A stretch of 64,000 bases of DNA from a virus. This document shows, one piece after another, positions 10,714 to 21,232 of this stretch; positions within the stretch are counted from its first letter, which is position 1; each line of letters starts with the position of its first letter. Both the position numbers and the translations under genes were made by a program. The notes under the pieces were generated by a model. That model was not told where the DNA came from. It did no database searches and saw only the letters and a list, made by a program, of their open reading frames with translations. The DNA lies in IMG/VR virus record IMGVR_UViG_3300017917_001030, positions 32,001 through 96,000 of that record, one strand, 5' to 3'.

Positions 10714-11423
10714 AAATACATACATTTATTTTTAATTGGCGTGGCCAATATGATAAGACTAAACAAAAAGAACAACAACTAAAAGACCTTAACATTCCTT
10801 TTACCGTTATTAATAGTGATGAAGAACACGAAGAAGATGGTTGGGAAAATATAGGCGAAGAAAGTTATTTTACTGCCCAGTTCTTAAAGGCAGTTGAAAT
10901 ATTTTCTAAAACAGATGCAGATGCACTGTTCCATATTCAAGCCGATGCCAGTTTCGATAATTGGGGCGGATTGATCTACGATGCAGAAAAATACTTTGAA
11001 GAATATAATTGGGGCATTTATGCACCCAATGTAGATTACACATGGTATGATTCTAGTCGTGTTGATCTTAATGCGCTTGAACTAGAATATCCTAACCTTA
11101 AAATGGTATCCAACACTGATTGTACTTGTTGGTTCATTCATCGAGACATTATTAAAATGGCTTACGATAGAGGCGTAGACTTCTCGCCTTATAAGATGGG
11201 TTGGAGTTTTGATATTGTTTATACTGCTTTGGCTTACATGAGTCAAAGACCAGTTCTAAGAGATTATAACTATACTATTGACCATCCGAAAGGAACCAAT
11301 TATAATACAGAACAGGCTGAAAAAGAAATGCAGGATCTTTTCTTCTCATTGCCTAACGATATTCAAATTGCATTCGCATCTATAAAAGGCGATAAGAATA
11401 ACCTATACAATTACTACAAATAA
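10710..11423 (+). CDS. Putative glycosyltransferase (GT-A-like)
   Basis: Cluster context; IQADA, GWSFDI. Confidence 0.5.
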   Translation: MKIHTFIFNWRGQYDKTKQKEQQLKDLNIPFTVINSDEEHEEDGWENIGEESYFTAQFLKAVEIFSKTDADALFHIQADASFDNWGGLIYDAEKYFEEYNWGIYAPNVDYTWYDSSRVDLNALELEYPNLKMVSNTDCTCWFIHRDIIKMAYDRGVDFSPYKMGWSFDIVYTALAYMSQRPVLRDYNYTIDHPKGTNYNTEQAEKEMQDLFFSLPNDIQIAFASIKGDKNNLYNYYK

Positions 11424-11424
11424 T

Positions 11425-12348
11425 ATGCGATATGACTTTTTCCAATTAAACGATTTACTGTCTCAGAAGTTGCAGAGCGGTGAACCGTTTTCCTGCCTGC
11501 GTATAGATAATACTGCCGGCTATGTTATGGATTGTCTGTATAAAGGAGAGCTGCCATCTAAAGAGTTCTATAATGAAAACACTTTAGTAGAGGGTGGCGT
11601 ATATCCTAACATTATGGAGTATGCGTATAATACTGTTATACCCATGACACATGCTGCAATGAAGAAATGTGATATCCTTGGCTTTGTGGATATGTCTGAA
11701 AGCATTGCACGTAATACACAATTTGTTTCTGAGTTTGGTGAGAAGCCAAACTTCTTTGGTCACAATGATATGTTGATTATGGATCCTGGTGCATTGTTAA
11801 ATGTTACGGGTCATCACTATGTTAAAACACCTTGGCCTACATATCTAAAAGGCAAAAAGGTTCTCGTCATTAGTACCCATGCAGAAACAATACAACACCA
11901 ATGGAATAATATAGATAAGATTTGGGGCGATAAGAAAGACTCCATCGTTCCATTTGACCTTGTAGGTATTATTAAATCCCCGTATCATCCTGCAATGGAC
12001 GCACGGCAATATCCTGGTTGTGATACATGGGATAAGACTGTAGACTATATTATGCAGGAAATTAGACAATATGATTTCGATGTATTGTTAACTAGTTCTA
12101 CAACATCCTCTCCTATCTATGCAGTATTAGCTGCTGAAATGGGTAAGGTTGGTATACAAACCGGAGGTGTGCTGCAACTATGGTTTGGTATTCTAGGTTA
12201 TCGTTGGTCTGTGGAAGCAAACAACGGTTATAAACCATGGGCAACAATGTATAACGAACATTGGATGTACCCTCTTGAACAAGATGAGCCGGCGAATAGA
12301 AATAAGTACGCCTTTTTAGAAACAAACTATGCTTATTGGAAACGATGA
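11425..12348 (+). CDS. Hypothetical glycan-related protein (possible GT-D-like fold)
   Basis: LKGKKVLVIS, DFDVLL, GGVLQLWFGI.G.RW; cluster context. Confidence 0.5.
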   Translation: MRYDFFQLNDLLSQKLQSGEPFSCLRIDNTAGYVMDCLYKGELPSKEFYNENTLVEGGVYPNIMEYAYNTVIPMTHAAMKKCDILGFVDMSESIARNTQFVSEFGEKPNFFGHNDMLIMDPGALLNVTGHHYVKTPWPTYLKGKKVLVISTHAETIQHQWNNIDKIWGDKKDSIVPFDLVGIIKSPYHPAMDARQYPGCDTWDKTVDYIMQEIRQYDFDVLLTSSTTSSPIYAVLAAEMGKVGIQTGGVLQLWFGILGYRWSVEANNGYKPWATMYNEHWMYPLEQDEPANRNKYAFLETNYAYWKR

Positions 12349-13670
12349 ATAAACAAGATATTATTAACGGCGTAGCCGAGTATATTAGAAATAAACAACA
12401 AAATAAAACCTGGGAAGCAGGAAAAGATTTTGTTAACTATGCTGGCCCACATTTTGATGAACGTGAGATTACAGATGCAGTTTCTGTTCTTCTAGATGGT
12501 TGGTTGGTTATGGGAGATAAGTCTCTTAAATTCGAGAAAGAATTTCCTAAACAGTTTGGAAAGAATCATGGCATTCTAACTAATTCAGGATCAAGCTCTA
12601 ACCTTTTGATGATGGCTACTCTGACATCTAAGAGAGGTTATAACCTTCCTAAGGGAACAAAGGTGTTGATGCCTATTGCAGGATTCCCTACAACACTTAA
12701 TCCAACTCTACAATTAGGGTTCACACCTGTTTTTGTAGATATTGAAATTGATACACTAAATTTAAATCTGGAACAAGCAGAAGCAGCGTTAAAGCAACAT
12801 CCAGATATTAGAGTAATTACCTTTGCTCACGTATTAGGCAATCCTCCTAATATGGATAAGGTAATGGAGTTGGTTCAACGATACAATCTTATCTTTTTAG
12901 AAGATTGTTGTGATGCTTTGGGATCCACATATGACGGAAAACCTTTGGGCAGTTTTGGTGATATGGCTTCTTGTTCTTTTTATCCTGCACATCACATGAC
13001 TATGGGTGAAGGTGGCTTCGTTGCGTGTAAAGACTATGAGACAGAAGTCATTGCTAGATCTTTCAGAGAATGGGGACGTGGTTGTTATTGCGTAGGCCCA
13101 GAAGCAAATAAACTACAATGCGGATCTTGTGGTAAACGATTCAGCGAATGGATTCCTTCCATGCCGGGTGAGGTGTTCGATCATAAATATGTCTATGATG
13201 AGATCGGTTATAATCTTAAGCCTATCGAACTGCAAGGTGCGATGGGACTTGTACAATTAGAAAAATTAGAGGAAATTCATGCCTATCGTCGCCGTAATTA
13301 TCAGTTGCTATATGCTTTTTACTCTAAGTATGAGCAATTCTTCCACCTACCTAGAGCAACAGAGAAATCTGATCCTAGTTGGTTCGCCTTCCCGTTGACT
13401 CTTCGTAAGGATGCTCCTTTTACAAGAGACGAATATGTTCAATGGCTAGAACAGAATAGAATTCAGACTAGACCTTACTTTGCAGGTAACATTATGCTAC
13501 AACCTGCATATTCACATATTATGGATCAAAATGTTGCAAAGAATAATTTCCCTGTTGCAACATATGTAATGACACATACTTTCTTCCATGGAACAAGTCC
13601 TGTTATTACCCCAGAACAAATTGAATATATCGGCAAAACAGCAAGTGCATTCTTGGATTTATATGTATGA
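12345..13670 (+). CDS. rfbH: CDP-4-keto-6-deoxyglucose 3-dehydrase-like (RfbH/DdhC, E1)
   Basis: NSGSSSNL, EDCCDALG, SFYPAHHMTMGEGG, WGRGCYC Cys cluster, DHKY, GYNLK. Confidence 0.9.
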   Translation: MNKQDIINGVAEYIRNKQQNKTWEAGKDFVNYAGPHFDEREITDAVSVLLDGWLVMGDKSLKFEKEFPKQFGKNHGILTNSGSSSNLLMMATLTSKRGYNLPKGTKVLMPIAGFPTTLNPTLQLGFTPVFVDIEIDTLNLNLEQAEAALKQHPDIRVITFAHVLGNPPNMDKVMELVQRYNLIFLEDCCDALGSTYDGKPLGSFGDMASCSFYPAHHMTMGEGGFVACKDYETEVIARSFREWGRGCYCVGPEANKLQCGSCGKRFSEWIPSMPGEVFDHKYVYDEIGYNLKPIELQGAMGLVQLEKLEEIHAYRRRNYQLLYAFYSKYEQFFHLPRATEKSDPSWFAFPLTLRKDAPFTRDEYVQWLEQNRIQTRPYFAGNIMLQPAYSHIMDQNVAKNNFPVATYVMTHTFFHGTSPVITPEQIEYIGKTASAFLDLYV

Positions 13671-14836
13671 AAAAGCTAAGTGACGCTGCATTAAACATAG
13701 ATGGACAGCCCATGTTCAAGTACTTGGACAGGGCTAGGAAGTTGGAACAACAGGGTCGTTCAATGATTCATATGGAAATCGGTGACCCTGATTTCTCCAC
13801 GCCTCATAATATTACTATGGCAGCGTTTAAAGCTTTGGCTGAGGGCAAAACACATTATACAAGTAGCTGGGGTGATCTAGAATTTAGAGAAGCAATAAGA
13901 GATGCTACATTAAGCAGCCGAGGGTTTTATCCTGATCTTAATCAAGTTCTAGTATTGCCTGGCGCAAACATTGGCATATTTTATGCGGTGTTTTGTTTAT
14001 GTGATCCTGGTACAGAAGTTCTTGTACCAGACCCAGGGTTTGCGACATACTACAGTTCAATAAAGATGTGTGGTGTAAATGCAGTTCGTGTTCATTTGAA
14101 AGAGGAGCATGGATTTAGAATGCAAGCCGAGGATGTAAGAAAACTAATTACAGACAAAACAAGATTGCTTATTCTTAATAGTCCAAACAATCCGACAGGT
14201 GCAGTTATGACTAAAGAAGAATTAAAAGCAATATATGATCTATGCGTTGAGAAAGACATTTATCTCTACAGCGATGAAATCTATAGTCGAATGATTTATG
14301 ACGACTATGAATTCACTAGCCCTAGCCAATATGACAAGTGCATGACCCATGTTATTTTAAGTAATGGTTTTAGCAAAGCATTTGCAATGACTGGATGGAG
14401 ACTCGGTTGCTTGATTGGTCCTGCAGAAGTTATGGAAAGAATGGCTGCGTTGTTACAGACAACAAGTAGTTGCGTTAGTTCTTTCATACAAAGTGCAGGC
14501 ACTGAGGCGATTCGAGGCCCACAAGATGCAGTATATAAGATGATGTTTGAATATAAACAACGCCGTGATCTATTGGTATCTGGTCTAAATACAATAAAGG
14601 GATTTAATTGTCAGACACCAGGCGGCGCATTTTATGTGTTTCCTAATATTACAGAAACGGGCCTAACAGATGTTGAGGTGTGTGAACAGCTAATGGATAA
14701 AGCAGGTGTTGTAACTGTACCGGGTAGTTGTTTTGGTGAACACGGTGCTGGGCATATTCGGTTATGTTATGCAACAGATATGTATAGTATCAAGTCTGCA
14801 TTAAATCGAATTAACAAATGGGCGGAGAATCTATGA
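13667..14836 (+). CDS. Class I/II PLP aminotransferase
   Basis: IGDPDF, NSPNNPTG, SDEIY, SKAFAMTGWRLG. Confidence 0.92.
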   Translation: MKKLSDAALNIDGQPMFKYLDRARKLEQQGRSMIHMEIGDPDFSTPHNITMAAFKALAEGKTHYTSSWGDLEFREAIRDATLSSRGFYPDLNQVLVLPGANIGIFYAVFCLCDPGTEVLVPDPGFATYYSSIKMCGVNAVRVHLKEEHGFRMQAEDVRKLITDKTRLLILNSPNNPTGAVMTKEELKAIYDLCVEKDIYLYSDEIYSRMIYDDYEFTSPSQYDKCMTHVILSNGFSKAFAMTGWRLGCLIGPAEVMERMAALLQTTSSCVSSFIQSAGTEAIRGPQDAVYKMMFEYKQRRDLLVSGLNTIKGFNCQTPGGAFYVFPNITETGLTDVEVCEQLMDKAGVVTVPGSCFGEHGAGHIRLCYATDMYSIKSALNRINKWAENL

Positions 14837-15846
14837 GAGTAAGTGATTGGATTGCTAATTATTTAAAATCTATTGGAGTGGAACGTGTTCATGGTCTAAT
14901 GGGTGGCGGTGCTGCTGGTCTTAATGATGGTTTTATTAAGCAAGGTATGCCATATATTTGTTACCATCATGAACAAGGTGCAGGCCATGCTGCAATCGGT
15001 GAAAGTAAATTTACCGGAAAAGTCTCTGTTGTTAATCCAACGACTGGGTGTGCTGGAACAAATTGTGCAACATCTGTTCTTAATGCCTGGCAAGATAGCG
15101 TGCCTGTTGTTTTTATTAGCGGTAATGTTCGTAAAAATACTTGTAGCAGATACATTAATAAACAGCGTAAAACAAACATCAGAAAATATGGCATTCAAGA
15201 ACATGATGTAGTTGAGACCTACAAGTCGATGACAAAATACTCTGTGTTTATTGAAAGCCCCGAGGATGTTTGTTACGAACTACAAAAAGCAATATTTATT
15301 GCAACCTCTGATCGTAAGGGCCCTGTTTGGCTAGATATTCCTAGTGATGTTCAAAGTGCGTCTATGCCTGAAAATCCAAGAACATACAATGATCTATCTA
15401 TTAATATAGAGGGCAATTCTGAAATTTTTGAAACTTATAAAGACCTAATTAATAAGGCAGAAAGGCCTGTTGTTCTTGCAGGTTACGGTATTAGACAAAG
15501 TGATACTGTAGAAAATTTTGTAGAGTTTATTGAGCAATACAATATTCCCTATGTTAGTACATATGGTGCTCGAGATTATACAGAGTTCAATCATCCTCTT
15601 AATATTGGCGCAGTGGGTATTAAAGGAAGTAGAGCAGGTAATTTTGCGATGCAGAATGCTGATCTATTATTAATTCTAGGATGTAGTTTAAATAGTAGCG
15701 TAATTGGTTATGATCCTGCGCAGTTTAGTCCAAAGAGTTATAAAATACTAGTAGATATAGATTCCAATGAAATGGAAAAAGATATTATTAAAGTGGACAA
15801 AAAGTTCTGTTCCTCATTAGACAAATTTTTCGCGGGGATGAAATGA
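14833..15846 (+). CDS. ThDP-dependent enzyme, N-terminal and middle domains (acetolactate synthase/YerE-like)
   Basis: HHEQGAGHAA, GPVWLDIPSDVQ, RPVVLAGYG. Confidence 0.85.
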   Translation: MRVSDWIANYLKSIGVERVHGLMGGGAAGLNDGFIKQGMPYICYHHEQGAGHAAIGESKFTGKVSVVNPTTGCAGTNCATSVLNAWQDSVPVVFISGNVRKNTCSRYINKQRKTNIRKYGIQEHDVVETYKSMTKYSVFIESPEDVCYELQKAIFIATSDRKGPVWLDIPSDVQSASMPENPRTYNDLSINIEGNSEIFETYKDLINKAERPVVLAGYGIRQSDTVENFVEFIEQYNIPYVSTYGARDYTEFNHPLNIGAVGIKGSRAGNFAMQNADLLLILGCSLNSSVIGYDPAQFSPKSYKILVDIDSNEMEKDIIKVDKKFCSSLDKFFAGMK

Positions 15847-16583
15847 ATAGACAAGAATGGATTGCAAAATGTAATGACTGGAAAAATAAGTGGCCTACAA
15901 TTATTCCAGAATATAAAGCAAACAACGAAGACTATGTCTTTAATCTATATGCTGTTTTAGATGCTATTAACAAATATAGCAGACCCGAAGATATTTTAAT
16001 GGGTGATGCTGGTAGCATTAGTTATGCTGGCCCTGTTGCTCTTGAGACTAAGCCGGGGCAACGAATGATCTTCAGTCCAGCTCAAGCGGATATGGGATGG
16101 GCAGTTCCCGCAGCAGTGGGTGTAGCCATGGCTAGTAAACAACCTGTAATTGCTATTGTAGGTGACGGCAGTTTTATGAGTAACGTGCAAGAACTTGCGG
16201 TCATCAAGCAACACAATCTAAATATTAAGTTCTTTATTCTTAACAATGATGGTTATCTTAGTATCAAGAATACACAAAGTAAATACTATGATGGTCGAGT
16301 ATATGGTACAAGTACAGAAACGGGTATTTGGTTCCCTAGCTTTCACAACATTGCTATGACATTTGGTCTACGTTATGTTGATATGAGATTAGCACATGAT
16401 CTGTTACAGATACCTTTACTTCTAGAAAGTCCAGAACCTATGATTATAGATTGTAAGTGTCTATCATCACAAGAAATTCTACCTGCTCAGGCATTGCGTG
16501 ATGGCAAGCAAGTAGGCTTACATGATATGACGCCCTTCTTACCTGATGATGTTCTAAAACAAGAAATGATAGTGGAGCTATAA
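15843..16583 (+). CDS. ThDP-dependent enzyme, C-terminal ThDP-binding domain
   Basis: MGWAVPAAVG, GDGSF...LNNDGY. Confidence 0.85.
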   Translation: MNRQEWIAKCNDWKNKWPTIIPEYKANNEDYVFNLYAVLDAINKYSRPEDILMGDAGSISYAGPVALETKPGQRMIFSPAQADMGWAVPAAVGVAMASKQPVIAIVGDGSFMSNVQELAVIKQHNLNIKFFILNNDGYLSIKNTQSKYYDGRVYGTSTETGIWFPSFHNIAMTFGLRYVDMRLAHDLLQIPLLLESPEPMIIDCKCLSSQEILPAQALRDGKQVGLHDMTPFLPDDVLKQEMIVEL

Positions 16584-16585
16584 TA

Positions 16586-17356
16586 ATGAAAGTAGTTGTT
16601 ATCGGTGCCGCGGGATTTATCGGCTCATACTTAACAAAACGTCTTACAGAAAAACATCAAGTGTTGCCAGTATACAGAGATACATTTGATGTGTTCGACA
16701 ACCAAACAGTAAAAACTATTCTCGAAACTATTAAACCTGACTACGTGATAAATTGCCTATCGCATGGAGGATACGACTTATCTAGTAATAATTCAGAATA
16801 CTTTTCTAAGAACATGACTTTGTTCTGGAACTTTTATTCTAATCAAGAACATTTTGGTAAGTATATTAATATAGGATCAGGTATTGAAAAAGTAGTAACG
16901 CCTAATTATAATAATGCATATGCTTTCTCAAAGAGAGAGATTTCTAAAATAATTAGAACAAACAATAAGTTTCTAAATTTCTACCTATATGGATGTTTCG
17001 GTAGCCACGAAAAAGATACAAGGTTACTAAAGAGATTTCTTGCAAGCGAAGAGCCGTTCGTTCTAAAGAATGATAGACGCTTTGATTATATCTCGATACA
17101 AGATTTCTATAAGTTTATAGAATATGAATTGGATGGCAAACTTGCAACCGAAACAACATTTACAGAAATAGATTGTGTCTATAATAACAAGATGCTCATT
17201 AGTGAGTTTCTAACTATGTTCTGTGATATAAATAATATTAGAAAGAACTTTATTATTGAATCGACAAGTGATGATGATTACATTGGCCGAAATCCTAACT
17301 TGCATGGGTTGCACCTTTACGGTATTGGACACGGCCTTAAAGAATATATGGCATGA
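16586..17356 (+). CDS. NAD-dependent epimerase/reductase (SDR)
   Basis: GAAGFIG, YAFSK. Confidence 0.85.
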   Translation: MKVVVIGAAGFIGSYLTKRLTEKHQVLPVYRDTFDVFDNQTVKTILETIKPDYVINCLSHGGYDLSSNNSEYFSKNMTLFWNFYSNQEHFGKYINIGSGIEKVVTPNYNNAYAFSKREISKIIRTNNKFLNFYLYGCFGSHEKDTRLLKRFLASEEPFVLKNDRRFDYISIQDFYKFIEYELDGKLATETTFTEIDCVYNNKMLISEFLTMFCDINNIRKNFIIESTSDDDYIGRNPNLHGLHLYGIGHGLKEYMA

Positions 17357-18300
17357 AAAATAAAATTGTTTACATTACAGGATGCTTAGGTTTCATTGGA
17401 TACCATGTGACCAAAAAATGTTTAGATGCAGGCTTTTATGTTTTTGGTATAGATAAAAAGACATATGCCAGCAATCTAAATTTTCTCCCAGAACTTCTCA
17501 AATACCCACACTTTAAATTCTTAGAATCCGATATCAACGATATCGAGCGAATTTTAGATTGTGACTACTTTATTAATACTGCCGCAGAAACTCATGTGGA
17601 TAACAGTATTGTAAGTTCTGACGTTTTTCTAAAAAGCAACATTAACGGTGTTCATAAAATACTTGAGCTTATAAAGGTAATGCCTAAAGCTCGTAGACCG
17701 ACACTATTGCATTTTAGTACGGACGAAGTCTATGGAGATATCGCGTCTGGTTTCCATACAGAAACAGATCTACTAAAGCCTAGCAATCCTTATTCTGCAT
17801 CCAAAGCAGCCGCTGATATGTTGGTGCTTGCGTGGGCCAGAACATTTGATATTCCATACGTAATTGTTCGACCAACAAATAATTATGGTATAGGTCAGTA
17901 TGTTGAGAAGTTTATTCCTAAAGCAATTAAGAATCTCACACTAGGTAAACCTATAATGATGCATGACCATGGTACTCCTAGACGAACATGGTTACACGTT
18001 TCAGATACGGCATCTGCAATTATGACAATAGTTAATTCGGGTGTCAAAAATGAGATCTATAATATCTCTGGAAATTACGAAGAACAAAATATTGCTGTCG
18101 CACGAAAAATAATTGACGAATTTTACATTACAACAGAGTATGAATCTTTTATGGACTTTACAGAAAAGAGACAAGGCCAAGATGTAAGATACGCTATAGA
18201 TGACTCTAAATTAAAAGCATTGGGATGGGCACCTGTTGCTGATTTTGATACTGAGCTAAAAGCTATTGTAGATTATTATAAAGAAAATTTTATATGGTAA
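17353..18300 (+). CDS. rfbB: dTDP-glucose 4,6-dehydratase
   Basis: GCLGFIG, AAETHVDNS, STDEVYG, YSASK, NNYG. Confidence 0.92.
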   Translation: MKNKIVYITGCLGFIGYHVTKKCLDAGFYVFGIDKKTYASNLNFLPELLKYPHFKFLESDINDIERILDCDYFINTAAETHVDNSIVSSDVFLKSNINGVHKILELIKVMPKARRPTLLHFSTDEVYGDIASGFHTETDLLKPSNPYSASKAAADMLVLAWARTFDIPYVIVRPTNNYGIGQYVEKFIPKAIKNLTLGKPIMMHDHGTPRRTWLHVSDTASAIMTIVNSGVKNEIYNISGNYEEQNIAVARKIIDEFYITTEYESFMDFTEKRQGQDVRYAIDDSKLKALGWAPVADFDTELKAIVDYYKENFIW

Positions 18301-18992
18301 AGAAAATTATATCAATTAGCGTATGGGGAAATGATCCTCGCTATATTAAAGGTGCTGAAAGACAGTACGAATTAGCTAAAGAATTCTATCCCGATTGGAA
18401 GTTTAGAATCTATACTGACGATAGAAACAAATTTACGCATCTCAAGGATGCCATGATTGTAGAAGTCACTGACGGTAGTTATGGTATGTACTGGAGATTC
18501 GGCGCAATGTTTGAGGACAGCGAGAACATTGTTATTGTCAGAGATTCTGATAGTAGAATAACTGAGCGAGAAGCGAGAGCTGTTAACGAATGGTTGGAAT
18601 CAGATAAAAAGTTTCATACATTCAGAGATCACGATGCACATTATGAATTTCCTATCATAGGTTGTGCATTTGGTTATAAAGGACGCTTTGATCTTGATAC
18701 GTTTTATCGTATGTTAGATTATAGAAAACGCCTGGACAAATATCTCGGAGATCAACTATTCTTAAGGGATATAATTTATCCTTTGGTTGAAAATAATATG
18801 TTGGTACATTCGATGCATGAAGGATGGTTCGGGGAGACACGAAAACAATTAGTCAATCCTTATGACTTCTGCGGCAACGGATATGATGAGAATGATATGC
18901 CTTTGTATCCACCCACACTTGCAGAATGTAACGGATTCGAACCAAGCAAAGTTTCACCTGAGTTTAAGTTCAACAAAGGTGCACTTAAATGA
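18294..18992 (+). CDS. Putative glycosyltransferase-like protein
   Basis: KKIISISVWG, RDSDSR (DxD), FRDH, DQLFL. Confidence 0.6.
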   Translation: MVKKIISISVWGNDPRYIKGAERQYELAKEFYPDWKFRIYTDDRNKFTHLKDAMIVEVTDGSYGMYWRFGAMFEDSENIVIVRDSDSRITEREARAVNEWLESDKKFHTFRDHDAHYEFPIIGCAFGYKGRFDLDTFYRMLDYRKRLDKYLGDQLFLRDIIYPLVENNMLVHSMHEGWFGETRKQLVNPYDFCGNGYDENDMPLYPPTLAECNGFEPSKVSPEFKFNKGALK

Positions 18993-19789
18993 AAAGCTAT
19001 TTTATCGTACCTGTATTCAATAAAGAATTTTTAATTGCAGATGTTTATCTAGGAATTGTTAATTCTGTTACACCCGGTTCCGACTACAAAATAATTTTTA
19101 TTATAGATGGATGTACAGACAATAGTGAGAACATCATTAGAAGTTATAATAATGAAAATGTAATTATATTGCGCGCCGATGATGTACATGAGATACTAAG
19201 TTTGAATATGGGTCTTAACTATATCAAAGACAATCTTGACCCACAATCTGGCGATTTAGTATTTACAGTGCAAGATGACGTTGTCTTGCAGCAACCTAGT
19301 ATTGATAAAGCATTTGAAGGTCTATTCAAAGAATATCCAGACTTAGGTTATGTCAGTATGCGACTTGGTGCTACAATACACGGAAACGCTGACGGCATAT
19401 TTGAATCTGATTTAGTCGAATCTGAATTCGGTCATTGGAAACAACTTGGTATGAATCATTATAGTATGGTTCCATACAGCGCAATAGTAATTAAAGATAT
19501 TGCAGTAAGAAGTCCTACTTGTATGTTATGGGATAGATATGCAGAAGCCGGATTCTATGATGAGAATTTGGCTCCATGTGGTTATGATTGTCATGATATG
19601 AGTATTCGCATGAATAAGCTAGGTTATCGTAATGCAGTATTCGGTCTTAGATACAGAAGTGATGTTGAATGGGGTGGCATGAGAATGAATCCAGATACAA
19701 AGATTAATTCTAGATTCGGTGATATCTACGATAGGAATCGAAAATATCTTGTTACAAAGCATAGTGATTATTTTGAAGGTAAACGATGA
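18989..19789 (+). CDS. GT2 glycosyltransferase
   Basis: IVPVFN, DGCTDNS, QDD, GFYDE. Confidence 0.85.
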   Translation: MKSYFIVPVFNKEFLIADVYLGIVNSVTPGSDYKIIFIIDGCTDNSENIIRSYNNENVIILRADDVHEILSLNMGLNYIKDNLDPQSGDLVFTVQDDVVLQQPSIDKAFEGLFKEYPDLGYVSMRLGATIHGNADGIFESDLVESEFGHWKQLGMNHYSMVPYSAIVIKDIAVRSPTCMLWDRYAEAGFYDENLAPCGYDCHDMSIRMNKLGYRNAVFGLRYRSDVEWGGMRMNPDTKINSRFGDIYDRNRKYLVTKHSDYFEGKR

Positions 19790-20523
19790 AATATGAAGAT
19801 ATGACAATAGATCAACTAAGTAAAGAAGAAGTTGAATCTATTAAGGATAGAAATGTTCTTTATAACTTATTTAAGAACTCCTATCAAAATTTACCAGATG
19901 AAGTTAAACAACATCGAGAATATTTTACCCAAGAAGGTAGAGGCTTCGGTGAAGATGCATTTCACGCAATGTGGTATTACATTTTCAAACACTATCAACC
20001 TAAACAAATTTTAGAGATTGGTGTGTTTAGAGGACAAACTCTATCATTGTTTCAGTTGCTAGGGAATCTGTTTAATATAGATGTTAATGTAGTTGGTATT
20101 TCTCCAATGGCATCTATTGGCGATTCTAAATCTAATTATGTTGATATAGATTACGAAGCAGACATACTACAGAACTTTGACCAATTTAATCTAAAGCATC
20201 CTAAACTTGTTCGCGCATTTTCTGCAGATGCTAATGCGAGATATGAGATTAAAACAAATAATTGGGATCTAATTTACATAGATGGAAATCACGATTATAT
20301 TAATGTGTTGATTGACTACTTTAATTGTGTGGATACTCTAAACCAAACAGGTATTATTGTGTTAGATGATTCTAGTCTTTATACAGACTTTAATGTCGAA
20401 GGTGCATTTAGAGGCCATGAGGGTCCATCGACTGTAGTACGAGATATTGTTAGCAAAGAGCTTGATAATTTTATTTCGGTTGGTCATAATAATTGTTTTA
20501 GAATTCCTCCGTATGAAGAATAA
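19786..20523 (+). CDS. Class I SAM methyltransferase (Methyltransf_24-like)
   Basis: LEIGVFRG, DLIYIDGNH, GIIVLDD. Confidence 0.85.
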   Translation: MKYEDMTIDQLSKEEVESIKDRNVLYNLFKNSYQNLPDEVKQHREYFTQEGRGFGEDAFHAMWYYIFKHYQPKQILEIGVFRGQTLSLFQLLGNLFNIDVNVVGISPMASIGDSKSNYVDIDYEADILQNFDQFNLKHPKLVRAFSADANARYEIKTNNWDLIYIDGNHDYINVLIDYFNCVDTLNQTGIIVLDDSSLYTDFNVEGAFRGHEGPSTVVRDIVSKELDNFISVGHNNCFRIPPYEE

Positions 20524-21232
20524 AGTAACAGTAATTACAGCAACAACAGGTTCTCCGTATCTAAGAAAAAATTTAGAATCTGTTGCTGCTCAAACATATG
20601 GCGACGTTCAACATCTTGTTTTTGTTGACGGTGAACACCATATGGATAAAGTTAAACCGCAGTTGGATGGAATAAATGCATCGGTTATAGTTTTACCATA
20701 CGCAACAGGCATTGAACAATACAACGGGCATAAGATGTATGCTGCGGGAACATATCTTGCGAAAGGTGATTACATCTGCTATTTGGATGAGGATAATTGG
20801 ATCGATCCGAACCATGTGGAAAGTCTAATGGCAGTAGCTGACGAAAATAGTTATGCCTGCTCGCTTAGAAAGATAGTAGATTCTGATGGCAAATATATTT
20901 GCAACGATGATTGCGAAAGTCTTGGAAATTGGATTTCGGTTATCAACGACTACTTTGTTGATGTAAACTGTTTCTTTTTTCCTAAACGACTTGCACTACA
21001 ACTAACACCATTATGGTATAGACGTGCAAGACACCCTGATGATCAACCTGAGGTCGATCGTCTATTGACATATACTCTGAGAGAAAATAAAATAGAGTGT
21101 AAGGTAAGTGGTCTGTATACTGTAAACTACAGAGCAGGCAACAGATCAGATTCGGTTCAAGCCCGGTTTTTCTTACAGGGCAATGAAATTATGAAACAAC
21201 GATATAATGGAGTTTTACCATGGGCGAAATAG
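20513..21232 (+). CDS. GT2 glycosyltransferase
   Basis: LESVAAQTY, VFVDG, YICYLDEDNW. Confidence 0.85.
   Translation: MKNKVTVITATTGSPYLRKNLESVAAQTYGDVQHLVFVDGEHHMDKVKPQLDGINASVIVLPYATGIEQYNGHKMYAAGTYLAKGDYICYLDEDNWIDPNHVESLMAVADENSYACSLRKIVDSDGKYICNDDCESLGNWISVINDYFVDVNCFFFPKRLALQLTPLWYRRARHPDDQPEVDRLLTYTLRENKIECKVSGLYTVNYRAGNRSDSVQARFFLQGNEIMKQRYNGVLPWAK

Noticed and set aside
5487-21232. Sugar cluster as host chromosomal DNA or misassembly
   Set aside because: It has a T4 late promoter and overlaps seamlessly into phage genes leading to gp45.
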